64,000 nucleotides of DNA from an uncultured Thermoleophilia bacterium (GTDB lineage Bacteria; Actinomycetota; Thermoleophilia; Gaiellales; Gaiellaceae). Position 1 is the stretch's first letter. Each line of letters opens with the position of its first letter. The translations under genes were made by a program, and so were the position numbers. The notes below the pieces were generated by a model, which worked only from the letters and a program-made list of their open reading frames with translations, was not told where the DNA came from and did no database searches. Shown in pieces: positions 1 through 8,980 of this stretch. Where the stretch lies: assembly GCA_963722065.1 (NCBI GenBank), contig CAVRMI010000007.1, forward strand, positions 1,163,389-1,227,388, given 5' to 3'.

Positions 1-2
1 GT

Positions 3-596
3 GTCTCTGATCAGGATCGGGAGCAAGCTGTGCTCGCGCTTCGGGACGATTTGCTGTTGGGCCGGCTGACGCTTGATGAGTTCTCGGAGCGAGTCGAGAT
101 CGCCTACCGGGCGCAGATAAGTCAGGACTTGGTCCGCGCTCGGCAGGACCTACCGAGCCCGCGTTCGGCAGACGTCGAGTCGGGCCGGCGGCAGAAGCGT
201 CTGACGGTGGCGCTGTTTGGGAGGGTGATTCGTCGAGGTCGACTGCGGCTACGGCGCCGGACGCTCGCAATCAGCGTCTTTGGCGATGTCGACCTCGACC
301 TGCGCGAGGCGGAATTGCACGACCCCCGCGTTGCGGCAAGGCTCTTCGTCTTCTTCGGCAACGTCGATCTGTATGTGCCCGAGGGCATCAACGTCGAGGT
401 TGCCGGAGCGGTCATCTTCGGCCGGTTGCGCGAGTGGGGCCGAGATGTTGTCCGCCCCGACGCGCCGACGATTTCCGTTCGGGCGTTTGGCTGTTTCGGA
501 ACTGTCGATGTCTGGCGCGTCCCTCACGACATGCGAGGCAGCTACAGCGAGATCTTCGCGCAGCTAGAAGCACAGCAGCGGCAACTGCCGGCCTAG
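3..596 (+). CDS. DUF1707 domain protein with LiaF-C/DUF2154-like beta-rich C-terminal domain (5' end outside window)
   Basis: The frame is open from nt 3: SDQDREQAVLALRDDLLLGRLTLDEFSERVEIAY is the DUF1707 signature. The C-terminal half has repeated VFGDVDLDL / FFGNVDLYVPEG / FGTVDVWRVP strands. There is no upstream stop, so the gene starts before the window. Confidence 0.7.
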   Translation, partial: VSDQDREQAVLALRDDLLLGRLTLDEFSERVEIAYRAQISQDLVRARQDLPSPRSADVESGRRQKRLTVALFGRVIRRGRLRLRRRTLAISVFGDVDLDLREAELHDPRVAARLFVFFGNVDLYVPEGINVEVAGAVIFGRLREWGRDVVRPDAPTISVRAFGCFGTVDVWRVPHDMRGSYSEIFAQLEAQQRQLPA

Positions 597-648
597 CAAC
601 TCGCCTCGCCTTGGACTCGCCGGCTGGGACGTCGAGACGCTTCTAACT

Positions 649-888
649 CAGCCGGCGAACCTGCCCGCGACGTGGGCGACCTCGTGACGTCCACTGAACC
701 TCGACCATTACCGAGGTTTTACGTGCACTTCCCAATTCGCAACTAAGGTCACAAGCAGTCGGAGCGGCCGGTGGGGAGGTGTCTCCGACTCATTGACCAA
801 CTGTCGGAGAGAACGGTTGGTCACTGGGCGTCTTGTGAGGTCGGGGCGGCTGACGGTTTTCCCCGTCCCCGGCCTCACATTTTGTTCT
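649..888 (+). repeat. Copy 1 of a ~240-bp structured repeat (candidate sRNA or non-autonomous mobile element)
   Basis: Aligns end to end with 9471-9709. The 3' ~200 nt are near-identical (4 substitutions plus a T/C-run change). Four conserved hairpins lie at 697-718, 757-790, 794-823 and 835-878. Confidence 0.8.
835..886 (+). terminator. Intrinsic-terminator-like hairpin closing repeat copy 1
   Basis: GTGAGGTCGGGG (835-846) pairs with CCCCGGCCTCAC (867-878) with one G.U pair, followed by ATTTTGTT. The U-tract exists only on the + strand. Confidence 0.5.
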
Positions 889-1025
889 GGCTCAACCGCT
901 TCGAGACGCTCAAGAGCTCGGCACGAGACGCTATCGGCGAGGAGGCATTCGAGATCGCCTGGAACGAGGGGCAAGCCCTCGGCTTCGACGACTCACTCGA
1001 GGCGGCTTATCGAGCGGTTCGCTGA
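889..1025 (+). pseudogene. C-terminal remnant (~45 codons) of a TPR/STAND-type transcriptional regulator
   Basis: The translation ...RFETLKSSARDAIGEEAFEIAWNEGQALGFDDSLEAAYRAVR* resembles the extreme C-termini of SARP/LuxR-TPR regulators (compare the end of 4931-7672). There is no gene body upstream; the repeat element abuts it. Confidence 0.4.
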
Positions 1026-1062
1026 CTTTCCAAGATTGCTCCGACTTTGGCGCCTGGCGGTG

Positions 1063-2433
1063 TCAGGCTCCCGTCGAGGGGAGGATCGGGTGATTCGACC
1101 GGAACACGTCTTCCGGATCGACGCTCGTCTTCAGGCCGCGGAGCCGCGGGTACGCGGCCTCGCCCCAGATGCTCGCGGGGTCGCGTCTCGTCTCCGCGAA
1201 GTTGGCGAACATCTGAGGTGCTGTCCACGGAGACAGCGCCTCGCTCAACGCCCCTAGTCGTGCCATGCAGGCGCCGGCCAGTTCCGCTGTCATCGCGAAG
1301 CCGACTGCGTAGAGCGCGAAGTCGCCTGCAACCGACGCGAGCACGGCATGCTCCGGGCGGGGCTCGCTGAGCGCCCCACCGAGCTGCCGTATCTCGACGG
1401 ACAGGAGCGGTGAGCCGGAGCCGGGTCCGGCGACTCGGGCGATCTCGTCGACGGCCTCCGTGGGCAGCGACTCGAGCAGGAGCCCGTCGCCGACCGCCGG
1501 AACGGGATGGTCGGGGTCCATATGAAGTTGACCTAGCACGGGCATCGGCGTTTCCTTGATCGTGTCCATAACCGGTCTCAGCCGGCGAAGCGACTCGAGC
1601 AACTTGTCCGCCTCGGCCGGATCGCCGCAATGGATCACCTCCACGATCGCGAACGACTTCCCACGAACTGGCTCCGGGATCTCCTCGATGGGCGGGAGCT
1701 GGAGCAGTCGACCGATGGTCGTGAGCTCGTCGGGCAGTCCGGCTCGGCACAGCTCGGCCCAGGTATGAAGCACCTCGGAGGCCTGTTCGAACGGGAACCA
1801 GAGAACGCCCGCGTACACCTCCGACACCGGGAACAGCCGCACCTCGAGCGTCGTGACGGCGCCGAGGTTGCCACCGCCACCGCGCAAACCCCACAGGAGC
1901 TCGGGGTTGGCGTCCTCGTCCGCGCGCACCAGTGCGCCGTCGGCGGTCACGACGTCCGCCGCGACGATGGCGTGTGCGGCGAGACCGAACTTCCGTCCGA
2001 GAAAGCTGAGGCCCCCTCCGAGTGTGTAGCCGACCGCGCCGACATCGGCTGACGAGCCGGAAAGCGGAGCCAGCCCGTGTCGTGCGGACGCCTCGATGAC
2101 CTCGGCCCAATGCGTCCCCGCCTGCACGCGGGCGACGCGCGCATCGACGTCGATCTCCACGCCCCGAAGTCGGTCGGTGCGAACCAGCAAGGTGCCGTCG
2201 AGTGGGCCCATAGACGCGGCGCCGTGCCCGGTCCCCTGGACGGCGACCCGCAGGCCGTGCTCGCGCGCGTAGTCCACACCCTCGGCGATGGCGCGCGCCG
2301 AGTCGGCAACCGCAATCGCCGCCGGCCGCTGGTCGACCGCAAGGTTCCAAGCGCGCCGCGTCTCGTCCCATTCCGGCGCGTCTGGATGGACAACGCGCAA
2401 ACCTTCCTCGGACCCCAAGCTCGTCATCGACAT
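1063..2433 (-). CDS. FAD-binding oxidoreductase, BBE/PCMH family
   Basis: Motifs VQGTGHG and GGGGNLGAVT, plus a BBE-like tail SVDPEDVFRSNHPI. The start was set at ATG 2433 (MSMTSLG) after GAAAGG; the ORF extension to 2577 looks non-coding. Confidence 0.85.
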   Translation of the reverse strand: MSMTSLGSEEGLRVVHPDAPEWDETRRAWNLAVDQRPAAIAVADSARAIAEGVDYAREHGLRVAVQGTGHGAASMGPLDGTLLVRTDRLRGVEIDVDARVARVQAGTHWAEVIEASARHGLAPLSGSSADVGAVGYTLGGGLSFLGRKFGLAAHAIVAADVVTADGALVRADEDANPELLWGLRGGGGNLGAVTTLEVRLFPVSEVYAGVLWFPFEQASEVLHTWAELCRAGLPDELTTIGRLLQLPPIEEIPEPVRGKSFAIVEVIHCGDPAEADKLLESLRRLRPVMDTIKETPMPVLGQLHMDPDHPVPAVGDGLLLESLPTEAVDEIARVAGPGSGSPLLSVEIRQLGGALSEPRPEHAVLASVAGDFALYAVGFAMTAELAGACMARLGALSEALSPWTAPQMFANFAETRRDPASIWGEAAYPRLRGLKTSVDPEDVFRSNHPILPSTGA

Positions 2434-2575
2434 CACCTTTCGTCGTGGCCGCTCAAGCGAACCTATTCCCTTGCGGCCGAAAATGCGGCGCCCACGCTCG
2501 CCCACCCCCCAAGGCCGCCCATGAGAGTGGTGCACGAGCTCGGTTCCACCTGCAATCGAGCCATAGGATCCAGCC

Positions 2576-3178
2576 ATGCTGCTCTATGACAACCCCGTCT
2601 CCGGCAACTGCTTCAAGGTTCGTCTCTTGCTGGCGCACCTCGGCATCCCGTACGAGCGACGCTTCGTCGACGTCGTCGACCGTTCAGACCCGCGCGAGTC
2701 GCTCGCCGGTTTGAACCCGGCGCGCGCTCTGCCGACAGTCGTGCTCGACGACGGGCGTCCGCTCGCGGAGTCGAACGCGATTCTCTGGTACTTCGGCGAG
2801 GGCACGCGCTTCGTCCCTACTGAACAGTTCGAGCGGGCGAAGGTTCTCCAGTGGCAGTTCTTCGAGCAGTACGAGCTGCTCCCGTCCATCGGCGTAAGTC
2901 GCTGGCTGGTCAGCTACTCGGGGTGGCCGCGCGAGCGCTACGAGTCGCGGCTTCCCGAATACACCAGCCGCGGCGAGAAGGCACTCGCGGCACTCGAGGA
3001 AGGGCTCGAGGGTCGTGACTGGCTGGTCGGCGAATCCTTCAGCCTCGCCGACATCACGCTCTACGCGTACACGCATGCCGCCAACGAGGCCGAAATATCC
3101 CTGAAGCCCTACGAGAACATCCACGCCTGGCTCGGCCGCGTCGCCGCCGAGCCCGCCCACGTTCCAATCGACGCCTGA
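2576..3178 (+). CDS. Glutathione S-transferase family protein
   Basis: The N-terminus has a thioredoxin-like GST fold (LYDNPVSGNCFKVRLLLAHLGIPYE...LPTVVLDDGRPLAESNAILWY). The C-terminal helical domain carries SLADITLYAY. Confidence 0.85.
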   Translation: MLLYDNPVSGNCFKVRLLLAHLGIPYERRFVDVVDRSDPRESLAGLNPARALPTVVLDDGRPLAESNAILWYFGEGTRFVPTEQFERAKVLQWQFFEQYELLPSIGVSRWLVSYSGWPRERYESRLPEYTSRGEKALAALEEGLEGRDWLVGESFSLADITLYAYTHAANEAEISLKPYENIHAWLGRVAAEPAHVPIDA

Positions 3179-3315
3179 CCCGTGGGTGCCTCAGCCCGAC
3201 CCACTTCTCGGAAAGACGCCACCGGCAGACCTACCCGACGTCGCTGAATACCCCCACGCCCGCCGCCATCGACCTCTACTGGCTCCCGCTCGGCGCCGGC
3301 GGACACTCCGTCCGC

Positions 3316-3849
3316 TTGAACGGAAAGATCTTCGAATGGCTCGCGGCCCGGCTCGGGCACCGCGCCCGCTGCGACCTCTACCACTCGGCGCTCCAGGTGT
3401 ACGTGCCCGAGGGGCGGTTCGTTATCGAGCAGGCGCCGGCCTGGGGCGAAGGCTCGCGCCGTGGCGTGGTCGCCGAGGGCGCCGTCGGAGCGCGGGCGTT
3501 GGGCCGCTTCCGGCTCTTCCGCTACGAGATCCGCAGCTGGCACGAAGGGATCATTCCGGACCTCGCAGAGGCCGTGGAGAGCCCACTTCGAATCAGCGAT
3601 GAGCTCGAGTACGCGCAGCGACTGGTCGAACTCGCCCCCCATGTCCCCACCCCCGTCTGGGGGCGCGACGAGCTAGGTACGGGCGAGATGTGGAACTCGA
3701 ACTCGACGGTCTCATGGCTACTCGCCTGTAGCGGACTCGACGTCGAGTCGATCCCGCTTCCCCCCGGTGGGAGAGCTCCAGGGTGGAAAGCCGGCATCGC
3801 GATCGCGCGTCGCCAGCAGACAGTAGGCGGTGCGGGCACGTGGCAGTAG
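3316..3849 (+). CDS. Conserved hypothetical protein (start uncertain)
   Basis: Codon-biased 177-aa ORF (DLYHSALQVYVPEGRFVIEQAP...MWNSNSTVSWLL). The in-frame upstream stretch IDLYWLPLGAGGHSVR (3268-3315) also looks coding but has no ATG/GTG/TTG. Confidence 0.55.
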   Translation: MNGKIFEWLAARLGHRARCDLYHSALQVYVPEGRFVIEQAPAWGEGSRRGVVAEGAVGARALGRFRLFRYEIRSWHEGIIPDLAEAVESPLRISDELEYAQRLVELAPHVPTPVWGRDELGTGEMWNSNSTVSWLLACSGLDVESIPLPPGGRAPGWKAGIAIARRQQTVGGAGTWQ

Positions 3850-4185
3850 AGATCGGAGTGCGACTGCACTGGCAGCTGTGGAGACCGTCCTCGTCGGCTA
3901 CAAGCGGTAGTCCCGACCAGCTCAACGGCTCAGAGAACCAAAGCGAACGCACAGGAACCAAAACGAACGCACAAAGGGGCGCTCGCCCTTGGTGTTCACC
4001 AGGAGGCCGTCTGGATCGTGGCCGCTCGGCTTCGGCGCTGCGCACGCTGCGCAGACGGCAGGCTGCATTGATGTACGACGAGTTTGTCTTGTCGCGGGGT
4101 GCTGTCACCCCAGTCGGCCTATGCGGTTTCTATGCGGCCGGTTGGAACGATCGTCGCTGACGTAAGCCACGATCGGAGGAGACCG

Positions 4186-4839
4186 GTGAACCTGCACAAG
4201 TACGCACTGCCTGCGGCCGCGATGGTGCTTGCAACCGCGCTCGCAGCGCTGGCGCTCGCCGGCGGCGGCTTTGCCCGGTCGTCCGCCTGCTCGTTCTGCG
4301 GCAAGAACCTGATCAAGAACCCCGGGGCCGAGGGCGGACGAGGGCAGAACGAAGCCGGCGAGACCGGCAACGTCCCCGGCTGGACGAACACCGCGGGAGC
4401 CTTCGGCGCCGCTGCGTACACAGGGTTCGGGGTGGGCTGGTTCAACGCCACCTCCAAGGGGCCGAAGAACCGCGGCAGGAACTACTTCTTCGGCGGGACG
4501 TCGACCGCGGCGACGAGCGCCCACGCGACGATCGGCACGCAGACGATCAAGCTCCCGGCGGCCGCCGCGGGGCACAAGGCGACGCTCAGCGGCTGGCTCG
4601 GCAACTACAACGCAGACACTGCGCAGGTCCGAGCGGCGTTCACGGACAGCTCGGGCAAGGTGCTGGCGGCGGTCAGGATCGGCCCGGACACGACGATCGG
4701 CGGCTCGGACATGGCCTTCCGGACGCGCAGCGGCAAAGTGCCGAAGGGCGCCACCGGCGTCAGCGTGATCGTCACGTTCACCGACCACGCCAACTACAAC
4801 CTGGCGGGGGCCGACGACCTCTCGCTGGTGCTCTCCTGA
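4186..4839 (+). CDS. Secreted hypothetical protein (signal peptide; possible galactose-binding-like/jelly-roll domain)
   Basis: GTG 4186 lies 5 nt after GGAGGA. The N-terminus VNLHKYALPAAAMVLATALAALALAGGGFA looks like a signal peptide. The body is beta-rich and ends NLAGADDLSLVLS. Confidence 0.65.
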   Translation: MNLHKYALPAAAMVLATALAALALAGGGFARSSACSFCGKNLIKNPGAEGGRGQNEAGETGNVPGWTNTAGAFGAAAYTGFGVGWFNATSKGPKNRGRNYFFGGTSTAATSAHATIGTQTIKLPAAAAGHKATLSGWLGNYNADTAQVRAAFTDSSGKVLAAVRIGPDTTIGGSDMAFRTRSGKVPKGATGVSVIVTFTDHANYNLAGADDLSLVLS

Positions 4840-4930
4840 ACGGCCACGCGCGAAAGGTGGGCTGAGCCCGAGCTAGCCAGTCGGCGAAAGGGGTGCCCCA
4901 GCACGGACGCCTAGAATCCATCGCTCGCAG

Positions 4931-7672
4931 ATGGAAGTCCGGGTGCTCGGCCAATTCGAAGTGGTCGTGGACGGCGCGCCGATCGAGCTGAGCGCGCAGC
5001 GTCCGCGAGCGGCGCTGGCCGCCCTCGTCCTGCGAGCGGGCAGGCCAACCTCCGTCGACGCCCTGACGGAGGCGGTCTGGAACGGCAACGCGCCGGCGTC
5101 GGCCGCAAGCGTGCTGCGCCTGTACATCACGCAGATTCGGCGTGCGCTTCCGCCCGGCCGCCTCGTGACGAGCCCGCCGGGCTACCGGCTCGAGCTCGAG
5201 GAGGGCGAGCTCGACGCGGCCCGCTTCGAGCTGCTGCTGGCCGACGGGAGGCAGGCGCTCAGCGAGAACAACGCCCGGCTCGCGCGCGTGCTCTTCGCCC
5301 GCGCGTGCGACCTGTGGCGGGGCGATGCGCTGGCCGACCTCACCTCGAGCGCGTTCGCGCGGGACGAGGCCTCGCGTCTCGACGACCTGCGGCTCGCGTG
5401 CATCGAGGGCCGAGTCGACGCAGATCTCCGGCTCGGCAGGCACGACCAGGTGCTGACCGAGCTCGAGCAGCTCGTTCGGGAGCACCCGCTGCGCGAGCGC
5501 CTGCGCGGGCACCTGATGACCGCCCTCTACCGGTCCGGGCGGCAGGCCGACGCGCTTGCCTGTTACCGCGAAGGGAGGACGCTGCTGGTCGACGAGCTGG
5601 GTCTCGAGCCGTCCGCGGAGCTGCGCGAGCTGGAACGCCGGATCCTCGCCCACGAGCCCGCACTCGACGCCGAGCCGGAGCCCGAGCCCGACGTCTTTCG
5701 GGTGCCGCGCCCGCAGACCGCGACGATCGGCCGTGAGGCTGCGCTGGCGGAGTTGGGCGGCCGCCTGCTCGATCCTGCAACCCGGCTCGTGACGTTGCTC
5801 GGCCCGGGCGGCATCGGCAAGACGCGGCTCGCCGTCGAGCTCGGCCACGAGCTCGGTCCGTGGTTCGCCGACGGGGCGGCGCTCGTCGACCTCGCCCCGA
5901 TCACCGAGACGGAGCTCCTGCTGCCGGCGATCGCCCGGGCCGTCGGGCTGCGGGAGACCGGCTCCGCGAGCTGGCGCGAACTGCTGGATGACGAGCTTCG
6001 GGACCGCGAGCTCCTGCTCGTCCTCGACAACTTCGAGCACCTCGTCGACGGCGCAGCGCAGGTCTCCCAGCTGCTCGATGCTGCTCCGCGTCTGACCGTG
6101 CTCGTGACGAGCAGACGCCTGCTTCGGCTGGCCGCCGAACGGGTCTTCGACGTCGACCCGCTCGACGGAGACGCCGCCCGCCGGTTGCTCGCCGCCCGAA
6201 CGGCGACCGCGGGCGCCGGGGTCGATCCCGACGGAGCCGAGTTTCGCGAGATCTGCAACCGGCTCGAGGGCCTGCCGCTGGCGATCGAGTTGACCGCGCC
6301 GTGGTTTCGGACGCTGCCGTCCGGAGAGCTGCTCCGGTTGCTCGACTCTCGCCTCGACACGCTCGCGCGAGGGGCGCGGGATGCGCCGGTGCGTCACCGG
6401 ACGATGCGTTCGGCGATCGACTGGAGTATCCAGCTGCTCGATCTCGAGGAGCAGCGGCTGCTCGGCCGGCTCTCGATCTTCAGCGGCGGCTTCACGACCG
6501 AGGCGATGCTCGATGTGGGCGGCCCGCAGGCCACGGTCGAGCAGCTCGACGCGCTCGTCTCCGCCAGCATCGTCCAGTCCACCGACGGGCGACACCGGCT
6601 GCTCGAGGTCGTTCGCGAGTACGCCGCCGAGCTGCCGTCGGCAGATCCAGAGGGAAGGAGCCTGCACGCAGGCCACTTCATCCGCTTGGCAGAGGCGGCG
6701 GAGGGCGAACTGTCGGGCGCCCGCCAGGCGGACTGGCTAGAACGCCTCGAGGTCGACCACGACAACCTCCGGGCCGCGCTCGACTGGCTCACGCGAGCAG
6801 GCGAGGCCAGCCTGGAGCTGAGGCTCGCCGCCGCCCTCGGCCGGTTCTGGTACATGCGCGGCTACCTGAGCGAGGGCCTGACGCGCCTGCAACGAGCCGT
6901 CGCAGCTGCCGCGGACGACGACGCGACGGTTGCGAAGGCGCTTCGAACATCCTCCGCGCTCGCCCTGCTGCGAGGCGACTACCCGCTCGCTCGAGCTTCA
7001 GCCGAGCACGCCCTCGAGCTGTACCGGCAGGCAGGCGACGACGCGGGCGTGGTCCGCTCGCTCAGCAACCTCGGCGCGATCCTCCACGCCCTCGGAGACC
7101 TCACGCTCGCCGCAGAGACACTCGACGAGTGCATCGACGCCTGCGCGTCCGTCGACGACGACCGGCTGATGGCCCTCGCGCGCAATAACCGCGGCGACGT
7201 CGCGCTGTCGCAGGGTGAGCTCGACCTCGCAGCTGACCAGTTCGCCCAGAGCCTCGCGCTCCTACGCACCGCGAACGACACCGCGAACATCGCACGCGCC
7301 CTCTACAACCTCGGCGCAGTTGCGGTCGAGCAACGGCGAAGCGACGAAGCCGGTGAGCTTCTGCGCGAGAGCCTCGAGCTCTCGGATCGGGTGGGCGACG
7401 TCGAGGACCTCGCCTGGTGCCTGATCGCGCTGGCAGTCGTCGCCGCCGACAACGGCGCTTCGCTCGACGCAGCGGCGATGCTCGGCTACACGACGGCGCT
7501 GCTCGACCGGATCGGTGCGTCGATGAAGCCGTTCGAGGAGCGCCTCTTCGAGCGGACACGCAGCCGGTTGCGTGAGGCACTCGGCGATGCCGAGCTCGAG
7601 GATGCCCTCGCAGCGGGCGCCCATCTGCAACGCGCAGACGCCGTCGGGCTCGGGATGAGCGTCGGCGCCTGA
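4931..7672 (+). CDS. SARP/AfsR-family regulator (OmpR-type wHTH + BTAD + NB-ARC P-loop + TPR)
   Basis: The N-terminus reads MEVRVLGQFEVVVDGAPIEL...GYRLELEEGELDAARFE. A Walker A motif LLGPGGIGKTRLA is present. The C-terminus has TPR-like repeats (LSNLGAILHALGD, LYNLGAVAVEQRR). Confidence 0.9.
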   Translation: MEVRVLGQFEVVVDGAPIELSAQRPRAALAALVLRAGRPTSVDALTEAVWNGNAPASAASVLRLYITQIRRALPPGRLVTSPPGYRLELEEGELDAARFELLLADGRQALSENNARLARVLFARACDLWRGDALADLTSSAFARDEASRLDDLRLACIEGRVDADLRLGRHDQVLTELEQLVREHPLRERLRGHLMTALYRSGRQADALACYREGRTLLVDELGLEPSAELRELERRILAHEPALDAEPEPEPDVFRVPRPQTATIGREAALAELGGRLLDPATRLVTLLGPGGIGKTRLAVELGHELGPWFADGAALVDLAPITETELLLPAIARAVGLRETGSASWRELLDDELRDRELLLVLDNFEHLVDGAAQVSQLLDAAPRLTVLVTSRRLLRLAAERVFDVDPLDGDAARRLLAARTATAGAGVDPDGAEFREICNRLEGLPLAIELTAPWFRTLPSGELLRLLDSRLDTLARGARDAPVRHRTMRSAIDWSIQLLDLEEQRLLGRLSIFSGGFTTEAMLDVGGPQATVEQLDALVSASIVQSTDGRHRLLEVVREYAAELPSADPEGRSLHAGHFIRLAEAAEGELSGARQADWLERLEVDHDNLRAALDWLTRAGEASLELRLAAALGRFWYMRGYLSEGLTRLQRAVAAAADDDATVAKALRTSSALALLRGDYPLARASAEHALELYRQAGDDAGVVRSLSNLGAILHALGDLTLAAETLDECIDACASVDDDRLMALARNNRGDVALSQGELDLAADQFAQSLALLRTANDTANIARALYNLGAVAVEQRRSDEAGELLRESLELSDRVGDVEDLAWCLIALAVVAADNGASLDAAAMLGYTTALLDRIGASMKPFEERLFERTRSRLREALGDAELEDALAAGAHLQRADAVGLGMSVGA

Positions 7673-7863
7673 CCACGGTCGTTCAGGCTGCCCCGTCGAA
7701 AGGTCGATCACAGCCGGCCGCTCGAGCCGTGAGCCAGGGGCGTCGCTCCGGACGTGACACCAGAAGGCCAGGAAGCTCTCAGCCTGTGTCTGCTGCTCGC
7801 GAGCGGCGAGCTGGGCGCGCACGGGCAGAGGCGGCGCCACGGCGACGATTCTCGGACGAGAGG

Positions 7864-8217
7864 CTAAGCGAGTACGAGTTCGCGTACCGGCTCTGCGGCC
7901 GGTCCGTGTTCGAAGCCCATCACGAAGCGCATCTCGAGCGCGGCGGCGAGTCGCTGCAAGGTCTGCACGGAGGTGCTGTGCTGGCCGCTCTCGATGCGTG
8001 AGATCGCGGAGTGGCTGGTGCCCATCCGCTGGGCGAGCTCTTGCTGGGTCAGGCCGAGTTCCGTGCGGCGGCGAATCACGATCCGGGCCAGCTGCTCGTA
8101 GGGCTCGAGCCGTTCCCGCGCAGCCTGGTAGCCGGGGCTGCGGCGCGCGCGGCGTCCCGCCGCTTCGGCGGCCGTGGAGCCTGCGGGGCTAACGCTCTTG
8201 CTCTTTGCCTTGGGCAC
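7864..8217 (-). CDS. XRE-family HTH regulator (HigA-like antitoxin candidate)
   Basis: HTH sequence LGLTQQELAQRMGTSHSAISRIESGQHSTSVQTLQRLAAAL. GTG start at 8217. Confidence 0.8.
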   Translation of the reverse strand: MPKAKSKSVSPAGSTAAEAAGRRARRSPGYQAARERLEPYEQLARIVIRRRTELGLTQQELAQRMGTSHSAISRIESGQHSTSVQTLQRLAAALEMRFVMGFEHGPAAEPVRELVLA

Positions 8218-8292
8218 GATTCATCACGTCCTTCGCCTGACTCCACGTAGGTTACCAGAATTGATAAGATCCGCAACTGCCGTCCCAGGCGA

Positions 8293-8471
8293 TCACGGCG
8301 CGTCGTGGCCGGCAGCGCGTGGTGGTGCCCGCCGCCGCGCATCCATGCGCGACTTGAAGTCCGTCCAACGGTGCCGGGCGATCTGGAGCTCGGCCTCGGT
8401 ACCTGGCCGGTGTCCTTGCGGAACATGTGGAGGCTGTACGGGGCAACCCTGACGCCACTTGCGTTATCCAT
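8293..8471 (-). pseudogene. Decayed HigB/Gp49 (RelE-superfamily) toxin remnant
   Basis: Two frames together read ...VRVAPYSLHMFRKDTGQ | GTEAELQIARHRWTDFKSRM, resembling the C-terminal LLHaFkKKtqkTP..EielA..R motif. The N-terminal half is not recoverable and at least one frameshift is present. Confidence 0.3.
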
Positions 8472-8738
8472 GGACGGCTGCTTCGGGGATGCAACCAGTA
8501 GGCCGCCCCGTGAGCAACGGGCCCTCGAGCTTCATGCCGGGAGGCCGCCGGATCGCGGGGTCGCAAACCAAGAAAGCGACGCCCGCGAGGATCCGACTTG
8601 CTGCCGCCGCCGAACGGCGGTGACCTCGACCGCGGCGCAGGTGATCAGCGCGAGCGCGCCGAGGAACAACGCCACTCCGTGACTCGATCCGCCTCCGAAC
8701 GCAGCCGAAAGGGCGTTGGCTGACCGAGTTGCTCGGGT

Positions 8739-8933
8739 TCAGCGAGGCGGGTCAGGGACGCCGAGCTGACGGCAGATCGCCCGCGCGGTCCCGAACGGAA
8801 GTTCGCGATGGCGCGGAACGGTGACAGGCCGCTCGGCAGCCGGGCTGCGCCAGACGTCGTGTCGACCTCCGTGCCGCACCCGCTCGCAGCCGTACTCGAT
8901 TAGATGCCGCTCGAGCTCGCGAAGCGCCGTCAC
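8739..8933 (-). CDS. hicA: HicA-family mRNA interferase toxin
   Basis: 64 aa: LERHLIEYGCERVRHGGRHDVWRSP...PVTVPRHRELPFGTARAICRQLGV matches the HicA/YcfA pattern. GTG start at 8933. Confidence 0.8.
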   Translation of the reverse strand: MTALRELERHLIEYGCERVRHGGRHDVWRSPAAERPVTVPRHRELPFGTARAICRQLGVPDPPR

Positions 8934-8946
8934 GATACGGAGTATC
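8934..8946. promoter_or_regulatory. Palindrome GATAC-GGA-GTATC in the hicA/hicB divergent intergenic region (possible operator)
   Basis: Perfect 5-bp inverted arms inside the 47-nt spacer between the two divergent start codons. Confidence 0.3.
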
Positions 8947-8980
8947 CCGCGTCCTGGGCAGGCCCAGTACGCTATGCAGC

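Noticed and set aside
793-1257. ORFs starting inside the 240-bp repeats (793-1257 and 9614-10030) with identical N-termini MTN(C/Y)RRERLVTGRLVRSGRLTV
   Set aside because: The identity is simply the repeat. The two ORFs diverge completely after the repeat ends, have no SD and show an Arg-rich shadow composition. An RNA or DNA element explains the conservation better.
1007-2371. Long ORFs overlapping real genes in other frames or strands (for example 1007-2371 -, 4778-6676 -, 13239-14351 +, 15069-16397 -, 28852-29979 +, 55993-57168 +)
   Set aside because: Their translations are Arg/Pro/Gly/Ala-rich, low-complexity GC shadows. They show no recognisable motifs and are fully overlapped by ORFs with clear family signatures.
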